64,000 nucleotides of DNA from Oscillospiraceae bacterium (GCA_045606505.1 JAZUSC010000050.1:35320-99319), one strand, 5' to 3'; counted from the first letter of the stretch, positions 18,928 through 28,483 are shown. Numbers and translations: made by a program. The notes: generated by a model not told the origin, from the sequence alone.

Positions 18928-19299
18928 TTACCATACCCACGGGCGGGTGAACCATAGCGAAAATCTGTCTGCACACATTATCGCAGCACTTACAACGATC
19001 ACCGCAGGAACAGCCACAGCAGGGATAAGCGTCCACAGCCTTGAAACTCCCCTTTTTCTGTGCCACAGAAGATATAGTAGCAGATTGGCCGCTATCGGTA
19101 TAACAACAGCCGCCGCAAGAAAGCACATACCTGCCACAAAGTCCTGCCCGTAAATAACGCTGTCACGGTCGCCCTCAGGAGAAATGAGCGGACCGTAGCT
19201 AAGACATAATGTTCCGAGCATCCAGAGAAAATACTCCACAGGAATAAGCACTGCGTTTATTATCACCGAAATAAGCTTTGGAGCAATATTTTCTTTCAT
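18928..19299 (-). CDS. Small 3-TM membrane protein, paralog 3 of a tandem array
   Basis: RBS GAAAGGGAG; shares the P...N.LL...H.K.GVS..W..PA motif with the two upstream ORFs. Confidence 0.75.
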   Translation of the reverse strand: MKENIAPKLISVIINAVLIPVEYFLWMLGTLCLSYGPLISPEGDRDSVIYGQDFVAGMCFLAAAVVIPIAANLLLYLLWHRKRGVSRLWTLIPAVAVPAVIVVSAAIMCADRFSLWFTRPWVW

Positions 19300-19312
19300 C
19301 GACAACTCCCTT

Positions 19313-19669
19313 TCACCAGTTCCATCTTGCAGTTGAAAAACCGTCACCGACGCTTATTACATAGATAAGTATAAGCAGAAGTATCACAGATGAAAATATT
19401 ACAGCTGGCACTATCGCCCATTTTTTCGATACTCCGAACTTCTTATGAAGCTTTGAAAGCAGAAAATTCACTATTATAGGCAGAAGTACGCTGATAATAA
19501 AAACAAATATACCTATACTGAAATAGTTACCATCAATAGTATATGGTGCCATAAAAATTCTGAACGGAACTGTAAACAAATATCCTATCAGACAAAGGAA
19601 TACCGACCCCGCCGCCGTGATGATATTGACTATGACCGAAACGACCTTTGCAGCTGTGCTGTCCTTCAT
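19313..19669 (-). CDS. Small 3-TM membrane protein, paralog 2 of a tandem array
   Basis: RBS GGAG; LLPIIVNFLLSKLHKKFGVSKKWAIVPA. Confidence 0.75.
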   Translation of the reverse strand: MKDSTAAKVVSVIVNIITAAGSVFLCLIGYLFTVPFRIFMAPYTIDGNYFSIGIFVFIISVLLPIIVNFLLSKLHKKFGVSKKWAIVPAVIFSSVILLLILIYVISVGDGFSTARWNW

Positions 19670-19710
19670 AACAATCACTCCATTCTTAAGAACTTAAGCT
19701 ACACCGTATA

Positions 19711-20040
19711 TCAGCACCACAAAGGCAGCACATAATACAGCGTTGCGGCAATCGTCACTGAAGAAATGATGATTGCAGGAATAATTGACCACCATCTTGA
19801 AACATCGTTCTTTTTATGCCATATCCGCAAAAGATAATTCACGCCAAGTGGCAAAAGAATGCTTACAGCAAGATGGGATATCCCTATAATGATCTCGATA
19901 GTAGTTATCGTTCTCTCGCCGTCAATTCCCGAATCCGAAATAAAAGCAAAATATCCTATGGTCCAGAAATAACACGAAACAGGCAGAGAAGCGATGTTTA
20001 GCACCACAGATAATATTGCTACTTTGGGTTTGTTTTTCAT
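19711..20040 (-). CDS. Small 3-TM membrane protein, paralog 1 of a tandem array
   Basis: RBS GGGAG; LLPLGVNYLLRIWHKKNDVSRWWSIIPA. Confidence 0.75.
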   Translation of the reverse strand: MKNKPKVAILSVVLNIASLPVSCYFWTIGYFAFISDSGIDGERTITTIEIIIGISHLAVSILLPLGVNYLLRIWHKKNDVSRWWSIIPAIIISSVTIAATLYYVLPLWC

Positions 20041-20057
20041 AGCATTCTCCCAGGGAG

Positions 20058-22436
20058 TTATTTAAGCTCTACTACTGTAACTCCCGCCTCGCCCTCGCCG
20101 TAAGCACCAAGACGGTAGCTCTTTACAGAGGGGTGGCTCTTTAAAGCCTGATGTACGGCGGCTCTTAACGCACCTGTACCCTTGCCGTGAATGATAGTAA
20201 CGGAATGGATACCGCCAAGGATACAGCCATCAATGAAACGCTCTACCTCCATTACTCCCTCGTCGCCCATCATACCGCGGATATCAAGTTCAAGTGAACT
20301 TTTACGCTCCATATTGGATCTAAGCTGCTTTTTCACCTTGCCGCCAACGGGTGCGGACTGCTTTTTCTTATTTTCGATAAGGCGGAGATTCTTCTGGTTG
20401 GTCTTTACCTTCATCATTCCCACCTGTACAAAGCATACGCCCGACATATTCGGTACGGTGAGCAATGTACCCTCCTTCTTCGTGTCGGCAAGCATTACGC
20501 TGTCGCCTGCTTTAAGCGGTCTTGGGAGTACATATTCCTCGGTGCGGCGTTCCATAACAGGGTTTGCCTCATCGTGCATACGGTTCAGCTCGCCGCCTAC
20601 CTTACCCTTTGCGGCAGAGTATTTCTGACGGAACTCCTCCTTGTCCTTGACTTTTTTAAGCTCGTCAAGTTCATTTAACAGCATATTTGAGCGGAAACGT
20701 GTTTCCTCGATAATGCTCATCGCACGCTGACGTGCGTTTTCAAGTTCCTTTTCTTTCTGAGCTTCAAGTTCGGACAACTTCTGTTTAAGCTCGCTCTCGG
20801 TCATCTTTGCGTTACGCTCGGAGATAGCCACGCTCTCTTTAAGCTCCTCAAGCTCCTGACGGGATTTTTCCAGTGCGTCGACTACCTGCTCGAAACGTTT
20901 ATTCTCGCTGCTTACAAGGCTCTCCGCACGCTGAATTACAAAGTGCGGCATACCAAGCTTTGAGGATATCGCAAATGCGTTGGATTTACCGGGGACTCCC
21001 ACGATAACACGATATGTGGGCTTTAAAGTGTTTACGTCAAACTCACAGCAGGCATTCTCAACCCCCTCAGTTTCCAGGGCAAACATCTTTACCTCCTGAT
21101 AGTGGGTCGTTGCCACTACCTTTGCGGAGTATTCCTTTAACTGCGTTAAGATAGACACCGCTAGTGCCGCACCCTCTACGGGGTCTGTACCGCTTCCAAG
21201 CTCATCTATCAGCACAAGAGAACGCTCGTCGGCTTTCTCCAATATCTTTATAACATTCGTCATATGCGAGGAGAATGTGGACAAACTCTGCTCGATGCTC
21301 TGCTCGTCGCCTATATCCACATATATTCCGTTGAATACACCCACAACACTTCCGTCGCCTGCGGGTATCATAAGGCCGCACATAGTCATAAGGGTGAGCA
21401 GTCCCACTGTCTTTATGGCTACCGTCTTACCGCCTGTATTAGGACCTGTGATGATAAGGCTGTCGTAATGTTCGCCTATTTCCACGGAAATAGGGACTAC
21501 TGTATCTGCATTTATGAGAGGGTGACGTGCGTTATTTAGGATCACTTTCGGCTCGTCTGATATCTCTGCCGCCACGCCCTTCATCTTTGCACCAAGGTTA
21601 GCCTTTGCAAAGTAAAGTTCAAGTATCTCCGCAAGACGGAAGTTATTTGCAATGCTGTCTGCATTTTCGCCTACCTGCTCGGACAGTTCACGGGTGATAC
21701 GCTCTATCTCCGCCTGCTCACGGGCTTTCAGCACTCGTATCTCATTGTTTGCCTCCACAACACTCATAGGCTCGATAAAGAAGGTCTGTCCCGTAGCGGA
21801 AGTGTCGTGCACAAGACCGGGGACTTCATTCTTATACTCGGAGCGGACAGGTACAACGTATCTTCCATCACGCATAGTTATGATATTCTCTTGCAGATAT
21901 TTCTGCGTGGATTTGTTCTTTACAAGTTTGTCAAGCTGCTCACGGATATTAAGTCCCTGTCTTACTATCCTTTTACGGATAGAGGAAAGCTCCGCACTTG
22001 CTCCGTCAGACATCTCCTCCTCGGAGATTATGCTCTCGGAGATACGCTGCTCCAATGTCTTTATCGGGTACAGCTCACTGAAATACATATCAAGGCTGTT
22101 TTCTATTCCCGAGCACTGGCTGTACCAGTCACAGAGCATACCTGTTTCACGGAGTATCTCCGCAACGTCCAGCAGCTCACGGAAAGACAGTGCAGAGCCA
22201 CTCTTACAGCGTTTTAGTGAGCCTTGTATATCCTTTATCTTTCTGAAACGGGGTGTGCCGAATTTCGCAGACAGCGTGAATGCGTCGTCGGTCTTTTTTA
22301 ACTCTGTACGCATCTTCTCACCGTCGAATATCGGCTTTAATTTAAGTGCCTGCTCACGACAGGTATCGCTGTATGTCTGAGCCGCAAGAAGTTCAAGTAT
22401 CTTGTCAAGTTCCAGTTTCTTATAATATTTGTTCAT
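20058..22436 (-). CDS. mutS2: MutS2 endonuclease / collided-ribosome splitting ATPase
   Basis: ITGPNTGGKT, DIGDEQSIEQSLSTFSSHM, DELGSGTDP, coiled coil, KOW, Smr domain (LDIRG..IIHGKGTGALR). Confidence 0.96.
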   Translation of the reverse strand: MNKYYKKLELDKILELLAAQTYSDTCREQALKLKPIFDGEKMRTELKKTDDAFTLSAKFGTPRFRKIKDIQGSLKRCKSGSALSFRELLDVAEILRETGMLCDWYSQCSGIENSLDMYFSELYPIKTLEQRISESIISEEEMSDGASAELSSIRKRIVRQGLNIREQLDKLVKNKSTQKYLQENIITMRDGRYVVPVRSEYKNEVPGLVHDTSATGQTFFIEPMSVVEANNEIRVLKAREQAEIERITRELSEQVGENADSIANNFRLAEILELYFAKANLGAKMKGVAAEISDEPKVILNNARHPLINADTVVPISVEIGEHYDSLIITGPNTGGKTVAIKTVGLLTLMTMCGLMIPAGDGSVVGVFNGIYVDIGDEQSIEQSLSTFSSHMTNVIKILEKADERSLVLIDELGSGTDPVEGAALAVSILTQLKEYSAKVVATTHYQEVKMFALETEGVENACCEFDVNTLKPTYRVIVGVPGKSNAFAISSKLGMPHFVIQRAESLVSSENKRFEQVVDALEKSRQELEELKESVAISERNAKMTESELKQKLSELEAQKEKELENARQRAMSIIEETRFRSNMLLNELDELKKVKDKEEFRQKYSAAKGKVGGELNRMHDEANPVMERRTEEYVLPRPLKAGDSVMLADTKKEGTLLTVPNMSGVCFVQVGMMKVKTNQKNLRLIENKKKQSAPVGGKVKKQLRSNMERKSSLELDIRGMMGDEGVMEVERFIDGCILGGIHSVTIIHGKGTGALRAAVHQALKSHPSVKSYRLGAYGEGEAGVTVVELK

Positions 22437-22572
22437 TTTTTACCTCTTTTTCATACTGCACTATACACAGTAACGCATTGCCATAGTGATCCATTTTCTA
22501 TTATATATTATTGTTCCACCAATGTCAACTATATAAAAATGTCCGACAGCAGTTTACTGTCGGACACTGTAA

Positions 22573-23403
22573 TTATTCTTTCTGGCTGCCACAGCTCATA
22601 CAGAAACCACTTGCTGCATCATTTTCCATACCACAGCCTCTGCACTGCCACTTTGCAGCAGAAACAGGCTTTGCGAGTTGTACACCGCCTGTTGCATTGC
22701 TTTCAGCGGGCTTTGCAAGGTTCACAGACGACATTGCAGGCTCAACGGGAGCAGCACCAATGGAGGGCATTTCAGTCGGGCCGCCTACGGACTGCATCTC
22801 AGAGCCAACGGGTGTGGGAACGCTGCTGTATCTTGTGGAAGTAGCCTCGGGACGGAGGTTGTCAACACTGGGATTGTATGTACTTGCAGAGCTTACAGTG
22901 TTAGAATAGCCGCTGCTGATGAATATCTTTGCGAACATCTTGATAAGAGCAATAGTAACAGTGATAGATACTATCGTGCCGGGAACACCGGGATCCACAC
23001 CCATAATAATACAAGCAACTGCGTCAACAACGCTTATTATTATACTTACAATATAATAGAATATCATAGTCAGATAAGCGGGTCTGAACTTTATGATAAC
23101 AAGCACAGCATTGATAAGACCCCATACCTTAACAGCAATGAATATAGGGATAAACACATTGAAGAAATTCATCCAGTTAATAACTTCCATATATTCACTG
23201 GGCATATATTCGAGTGCCTCTTCGCCGTACATCGCAATGACCTCGTTGATAGGATCCATTACCGACTTCATCTCGTTGTAATCACCCGATGTCATTGCAA
23301 TATTGATGATAGCAAGAATTATCGTAATGATAGATAAGATAAGTACAGTGATATAATCACCCTTTGCCATATCCTTAATAAATAAAGGCTTTGAATTAGA
23401 CAT
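22573..23403 (-). CDS. Membrane protein with low-complexity linker and C-terminal zinc ribbon
   Basis: About 4 TM segments, P/S/A-rich linker, WQCRGCG..N....FCMSCG. Confidence 0.75.
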   Translation of the reverse strand: MSNSKPLFIKDMAKGDYITVLILSIITIILAIINIAMTSGDYNEMKSVMDPINEVIAMYGEEALEYMPSEYMEVINWMNFFNVFIPIFIAVKVWGLINAVLVIIKFRPAYLTMIFYYIVSIIISVVDAVACIIMGVDPGVPGTIVSITVTIALIKMFAKIFISSGYSNTVSSASTYNPSVDNLRPEATSTRYSSVPTPVGSEMQSVGGPTEMPSIGAAPVEPAMSSVNLAKPAESNATGGVQLAKPVSAAKWQCRGCGMENDAASGFCMSCGSQKE

Positions 23404-23511
23404 AATATTTACCTCTTTTCATAAATAATTACCAATTTCTCGCTTTTGCACTTTACCACATTACAAAAGCAATTACATTATACACCAAACCGTTTATTTT
23501 GTCAACATTTT

Positions 23512-24267
23512 TCACTTAAACGGAGAAATAAGCTTTTTATAGTAGTCGAGGGCAGGAAAGCTCCTTTCGGTGCGAGAGAGAAAGTAGCTCTCCGTCACAC
23601 GGGACAGCACCGCCGCACTGTCGCCCGAAATACGAAATCTGAACGCCCTGTCAAGCGGAGAATAGAGGATATTCCTCATAGCCGAAAGAGTATCGGGCGG
23701 CAGCACGAAGTATCTTCCGCCGTATTCTCTGTCAAAACAATCGCCGCAGACAAGCTCTCCGCTGTCGGGAAGAAAGAACATCTCGTTATGCTCGTAGCAG
23801 CCGCAGTTAAGACAAGCTCTGAGGTCGGGACAGTAGCCAAGCATCGACGTATATCTTAGTTCAAACGCTGAACGTACTGTTTCAAGCCGCTCAGCCTTCA
23901 CCGCCTCAAAAAGAGCTATCGCAAAAAAACGCACAATACTGTCCTGCATCTGCTCCTGAGGGGTGCAAAATCTCACCGCCTGTGCAAAATACGTGGCAAG
24001 TGCAAGTATCTCGATAGAAGAGCCAACCTCGTGAAAGCTGTACTTCGGCTTTGCACTGTTTACGGTATATCTCAGTTTTGTCTTGTTAAGACAGAATGTG
24101 GAATACGCAAACAGCGAAGCAGAGGACAACAGCGGACTGTTTATCTTCTTTGCACCGTGTGCGGAGGCCTCTATAATGCCCTGTTCATCGGTGAGGATAT
24201 CTATAAAACAACTGTTGTCGCCGACCTCACGTCTGCCGACAACTATGCCGTCGTATGTGAAGAACAT
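23512..24267 (-). CDS. recO: DNA repair protein RecO
   Basis: OB-fold start, GAKK, C4 zinc motif CLNCG...CGDC; follows era. Confidence 0.92.
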   Translation of the reverse strand: MFFTYDGIVVGRREVGDNSCFIDILTDEQGIIEASAHGAKKINSPLLSSASLFAYSTFCLNKTKLRYTVNSAKPKYSFHEVGSSIEILALATYFAQAVRFCTPQEQMQDSIVRFFAIALFEAVKAERLETVRSAFELRYTSMLGYCPDLRACLNCGCYEHNEMFFLPDSGELVCGDCFDREYGGRYFVLPPDTLSAMRNILYSPLDRAFRFRISGDSAAVLSRVTESYFLSRTERSFPALDYYKKLISPFK

Positions 24268-24328
24268 TATTTCACCTCCGTAAATATATCAAACGACGGC
24301 CTCTCTTAGTCCGCCCGAATGATAGTTA

Positions 24329-25228
24329 TTATTCATCAGCAAGACCCATATCTGCTATAAACCGCTCCCTGTTACGCCAGTCCTCCTTGACCTTTACGAA
24401 GCATTGAAGATTTACCTTAGCCTGTAAAAGCTCCTCGATGTCCTTTCGTGCCATAGAGCCGATCTGCTTTAAACGCTCGCCGCCCTTACCGATTATCATA
24501 CCCTTGTGGCTGTCTTTTTCGCAGATGATGACAACTCCGATGTCGATAAGCTCTGCACCGTTCTTTTCACGGCTCTTGAAGCTCTCGATATCCACCGCAA
24601 CACCGTGGGGTATCTCCTCCTGCATCGTCCACAGTATCTTTTCACGCACTATCTCCGCACACATAAAACGCTCGGTACGGTCTGTTGCAATATCATCGGG
24701 GAAGAAATGCTCCCCCTCCACCGCATACTTTTCAAGTATAGGCATTATCTTGTCGGTATTTATGCGGTTCTTTACGCTTATGGGGATTATCTCCGCAAAG
24801 TCGTACAGCTCGCTGTACTGCTGGATTATACCAAGCACTTCGCTCTTTGATTTAAGCAGGTCTATCTTATTAAGGAGAAGAATTACCTCCGTACCGTGAC
24901 TTGCAAAGCTACGGATAAGGTCCTGCTCGATAGCAGACAGCTTTTTGGTAACGTCCGCCATAAGGATAGCACAGTCTACATCGTCAACGCTTGTGCGGAT
25001 AGACTTCACCATATGCTCGGACAACTTTGTCTTTGCCTTGTGCATACCGGGGGTATCGATAAATACATACTGGATATCACCCTCGGTAAGTACACCGTTT
25101 ATACGGTTTCGTGTGGTCTGCGGCTTTTCGCTGACGATAGATACCTTTTCACCCACCAGCAGATTTGTGAGGGAGGATTTTCCCGCATTCGCCCTGCCTG
25201 TTATTGCTATAAATGCATTTTTAGTCAT
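24329..25228 (-). CDS. era: GTPase Era
   Basis: GRANAGKS, QTTRN, DTPG, NKID, KH domain IIGKGG. Confidence 0.97.
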   Translation of the reverse strand: MTKNAFIAITGRANAGKSSLTNLLVGEKVSIVSEKPQTTRNRINGVLTEGDIQYVFIDTPGMHKAKTKLSEHMVKSIRTSVDDVDCAILMADVTKKLSAIEQDLIRSFASHGTEVILLLNKIDLLKSKSEVLGIIQQYSELYDFAEIIPISVKNRINTDKIMPILEKYAVEGEHFFPDDIATDRTERFMCAEIVREKILWTMQEEIPHGVAVDIESFKSREKNGAELIDIGVVIICEKDSHKGMIIGKGGERLKQIGSMARKDIEELLQAKVNLQCFVKVKEDWRNRERFIADMGLADE

Positions 25229-25230
25229 TG

Positions 25231-26169
25231 TTATGCCTTTCCCTTTAACTCTTTCAACATTTTAACGTGAGGTATTCCTGCCTCCTCAAAAGGCTCGGAA
25301 ACTGTTTTGTAGCCGTTTCTCTCATAAAAGCTCTTTGCCTCAAATTTTGAGTCAAGCTCTATACGGGATATTCCCTTTTTACTATAAAAATCCTCGACAA
25401 AACGTAGTGCCGCACTACCCATACCGCTGCCTCTGTACTCTTTAAGCACACAGAAACGCTGTAAAACGACAGCCTCTCCCCTGTGCATACAGCGGAAAGC
25501 ACCGACAGGCTCACCTGCCTTTGCTATAAGAAAATGGTCGCACACGCCGTCAAGGATATCATTTTCGTCACGCTCTATTTCAGCGGAAACTCCACGCTCC
25601 TTTATAAACACATCCTCACGCATTTTAAGACACTTATTCAAGGTTTCCGTATCCTTTGCAGGAATAGTAACGTATTCATCTTTTCTCTTACGCACCAGCT
25701 CTATCGCTTCCTTGCCGCTGATATGCTCTATCTCCATTTCAAGTATGCAAAGCGGAGGGAATTCCCTCTGTATAGCTGTTTTTCTTGACTGCTCACTGTC
25801 ATTAGGATTGAATTTAACTGCGATACGCTCTATTGCACGGAGCTTTTCAGTTTCATCCTCGATTATGCGTACCTTTCCGAATACTATAACACTGCGGAAA
25901 TAGGTTGTGTACTCCTGCGGCACGAGCTCATCGCTGTCAACAACACAGAATGAAACCTTTGAACAGTTTTTCAAAGCGTCTATCTTGTGACCGCTCTTCG
26001 CACAGTGAAAATATATCTTTCCGTCACTGTAATCATAATTCAGCGGCACTGCATAGGGATATCCGTCATCGCCCGAAAGGGCAAGTACGCCGTATTTCCC
26101 TCTTTTAAGGATATCACGACTCTCACTGTCTGAAAGCTGCTGCTTTGCTCTACGCATAGGTCTGAACAT
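25231..26169 (-). CDS. NimA/pyridoxamine 5'-phosphate oxidase-like domain fused to a GNAT acetyltransferase
   Basis: N-terminal YPYAVPLNY..YFHCAKSGHK..VSFCVV; C-terminal RFCVLKEYRGSGMG..FYERNGY..EAGIPHVKM. Confidence 0.85.
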   Translation of the reverse strand: MFRPMRRAKQQLSDSESRDILKRGKYGVLALSGDDGYPYAVPLNYDYSDGKIYFHCAKSGHKIDALKNCSKVSFCVVDSDELVPQEYTTYFRSVIVFGKVRIIEDETEKLRAIERIAVKFNPNDSEQSRKTAIQREFPPLCILEMEIEHISGKEAIELVRKRKDEYVTIPAKDTETLNKCLKMREDVFIKERGVSAEIERDENDILDGVCDHFLIAKAGEPVGAFRCMHRGEAVVLQRFCVLKEYRGSGMGSAALRFVEDFYSKKGISRIELDSKFEAKSFYERNGYKTVSEPFEEAGIPHVKMLKELKGKA

Positions 26170-26179
26170 TCTCTACCTC

Positions 26180-27328
26180 TCAAACTTCCTGTCTGCGTTT
26201 GTATTCCAGCCTGAATTCCTCAAAAACAACGGGCATATCCTCGGAGAATTCATATCCGAACTCCGCACCGTTTCTTATAAAGAAATCCCTGTGCTTTTCT
26301 CTCCACTCCTCAATAGAGCTGTACCCGACCTTTTTTGCCTGTTCGGGAGTAATCTCGTTAAACGGAATAATCTGCACCCTTGTTACCTTTATAACGCAGT
26401 ACGGAATTCCGTCCCAGTCGGTGACAACGCTGTATTCGTCTTTCTTCGGGAGTGGTTCACCGTCTACCCTGTATGCCGCCAACGAATGAACTGCGGCTCT
26501 CTTTTTTCCTCTAAGCACAAGCTTTAATATCCTGTCCGATTCCTCGTTATCTCTGCCAAAACGAAATACCTCTGAGCATTCTGCGTCCTCCGAAATCTCC
26601 TTTGCACTAAGAAATTCCGCCCAGAAATCCTGCAAAATGCCGTCCATATATTCCTCGTGCATATCGGGACGCTTTTCTGCTGTGACCCTGAGTGCCGCCT
26701 TTCGCTGCCACTCGGTTATCTTCTTGTGGTCGCCTGTGAGAAGCTCCTCGGGGACTTCTCTGCCACGCCACTCCCTCGGCATAGTGTACTGGGGATATTC
26801 AAGCAGACCGTTGTAGTGGCTCTCTATACTGTAAGCGTCCTCGTTTGGAAGTACGCCCTTTTGCAGCCTTGCAACAGCGTCCGCAACGATAAGTGCGGGA
26901 AGCTCGCCGCCTGTAAGCACATAATCGCCGACAGAAAGCTCCTCGCATTCAAGCTCGTCAAGGACACGCTGGTCTATGCCCTCGTAGTGTCCGCAAAGCA
27001 GGATAAGTCCCTCCTCTGCGGCAAGTTCCTTGACCTTAGCCTGCGTCAGCACCTCGCCCTGTGGGGACATATAGATTATACGAGGACGTTTTTTATGCTG
27101 TGAGATTATATCCGCAATACAGTCATACACAGGCTGAGCCTGCATAACCATTCCAGTGCCGCCGCCGTAGGGCTTATCGTCCACCTTGCGGTGCCTGTTT
27201 TCTGTGTAGTCACGGATATCGTGGGTGTATATCTCGATAAAGCCGTTCTTTATCCCTCTTCCCACTATGCTTTCATTAAGAACGCTGTCGCACATATCCG
27301 TGAACAGCGTTGCAATATCAATCCTCAT
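26180..27328 (-). CDS. trmD: tRNA m1G37 methyltransferase TrmD with a C-terminal ASCH domain
   Basis: DDKPYGGGTGMVM, MSPQG, CGHYEGIDQR, GDYVLTGGE, LEYPQYT; extra ~155 aa FG..LVLRGKK..VVTDWDG.P..W...H..FF..VVFEEF. Confidence 0.93.
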   Translation of the reverse strand: MRIDIATLFTDMCDSVLNESIVGRGIKNGFIEIYTHDIRDYTENRHRKVDDKPYGGGTGMVMQAQPVYDCIADIISQHKKRPRIIYMSPQGEVLTQAKVKELAAEEGLILLCGHYEGIDQRVLDELECEELSVGDYVLTGGELPALIVADAVARLQKGVLPNEDAYSIESHYNGLLEYPQYTMPREWRGREVPEELLTGDHKKITEWQRKAALRVTAEKRPDMHEEYMDGILQDFWAEFLSAKEISEDAECSEVFRFGRDNEESDRILKLVLRGKKRAAVHSLAAYRVDGEPLPKKDEYSVVTDWDGIPYCVIKVTRVQIIPFNEITPEQAKKVGYSSIEEWREKHRDFFIRNGAEFGYEFSEDMPVVFEEFRLEYKRRQEV

Positions 27329-27830
27329 CGAAAAGTCCCGGCAGAGGACGGATAAGCATCTCCCCGCCCTCGATATCTGTCTTTATAACTACCTCGTCGA
27401 TACAGGGGAACATAAGCTCCGTGCCGTTCTCCTTTCTTATGGAGTACACGTCACTTGCACCGTTCTGGTACACGTCTGTTATCTTACCGTATTCAACGCC
27501 TGTATCAACGTCCTTTACCATAAGTCCGATAATGTCCTGAATAAAGTACAGACCCTCTTCAAGCTCTGCATCGTCCCTGTCCATATACAGTATCTTTCCG
27601 ATAACAGGCTGTGCCTGTTCAATGGTGTCGATACCCTCTATCTTCATCACCACGATATTCTTGTGGGGGTAAGCCCTTGTAACGTGTATCTCGGTCTTGC
27701 CCTTGTCAAAGTAAAGTGTATCAAAGTCGCACAGCACCTCTGCACTGTCGCAGTAATACTGTGCCCTTACCTCGCCACGAATTCCCTGTGTTGCTACTAT
27801 CTTGCCTATTTCGAGAAATTGTTTTTTCAT
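27318..27830 (-). CDS. rimM: Ribosome maturation factor RimM
   Basis: IGKIVATQGIRGEV, YFIQDIIGL, GASDVY; adjacent to trmD. Confidence 0.95.
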   Translation of the reverse strand: MKKQFLEIGKIVATQGIRGEVRAQYYCDSAEVLCDFDTLYFDKGKTEIHVTRAYPHKNIVVMKIEGIDTIEQAQPVIGKILYMDRDDAELEEGLYFIQDIIGLMVKDVDTGVEYGKITDVYQNGASDVYSIRKENGTELMFPCIDEVVIKTDIEGGEMLIRPLPGLFDED

Positions 27831-27839
27831 AGTGTCCTC

Positions 27840-28160
27840 TTATTCATTTGGATATACTTTTGTACAGTTGAAAAGCAGCTCCCTTTCATTCTCGGATATG
27901 TATATTTCAGCAGCCGCTGTCAAGTCGTTGCCGCAAAACTTTTCGCTCTGAAACAGCTTTACAAGCAGCTCTGCACCCTCGGAAGCATTTTCAGCGTTCA
28001 ACCATACTGCCGCACTTCCGTCAGGACTGAAATAGCCATAATCGCCGTCCGCTATCATTCCTCCCGAAACTTGTTCTGCCCTTTCAACAATACGGTCTGA
28101 TATTCCTAAATCAACCTTTTTCAGCTTTTTTATATCAAGCTTTACTATTATAGTCTGCAT
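27840..28160 (-). CDS. Hypothetical protein, paralog of the upstream ORF
   Basis: Shares MQTI, NDL, AEIYISEN and NCTxVYP.E with 28166..28483. Confidence 0.75.
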   Translation of the reverse strand: MQTIIVKLDIKKLKKVDLGISDRIVERAEQVSGGMIADGDYGYFSPDGSAAVWLNAENASEGAELLVKLFQSEKFCGNDLTAAAEIYISENERELLFNCTKVYPNE

Positions 28161-28165
28161 AACGT

Positions 28166-28483
28166 TTACTCCTCAGGATATACCCTTGTGCAGTTATCTA
28201 TACTTTCACAATCATTCTCCGAAATATAGATCTCTGCACTTTGGGATAAATCATTTTTGAGAAACTTCTTTTTTCTGAACAGCTTTACGATCAAAGGATA
28301 GCTTTCCCTTGCGTTTTCTGTTTCAAGCCATATTCCCATAGAGTTATCGGGTAGATAATCAAATCCGTTATCCGTTATAATCCCGTTTGTTACCTCTTCT
28401 ATCTTGTCCGGGACAATATATCTTAGGTCAAGATCGGGATTTTTCAGTTTTGAGGGTGAAAGCCTTATCACTATCGTCTGCAT
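28166..28483 (-). CDS. Hypothetical protein, paralog of the downstream ORF
   Basis: Start overlaps the hisS stop; same shared motifs. Confidence 0.8.
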   Translation of the reverse strand: MQTIVIRLSPSKLKNPDLDLRYIVPDKIEEVTNGIITDNGFDYLPDNSMGIWLETENARESYPLIVKLFRKKKFLKNDLSQSAEIYISENDCESIDNCTRVYPEE

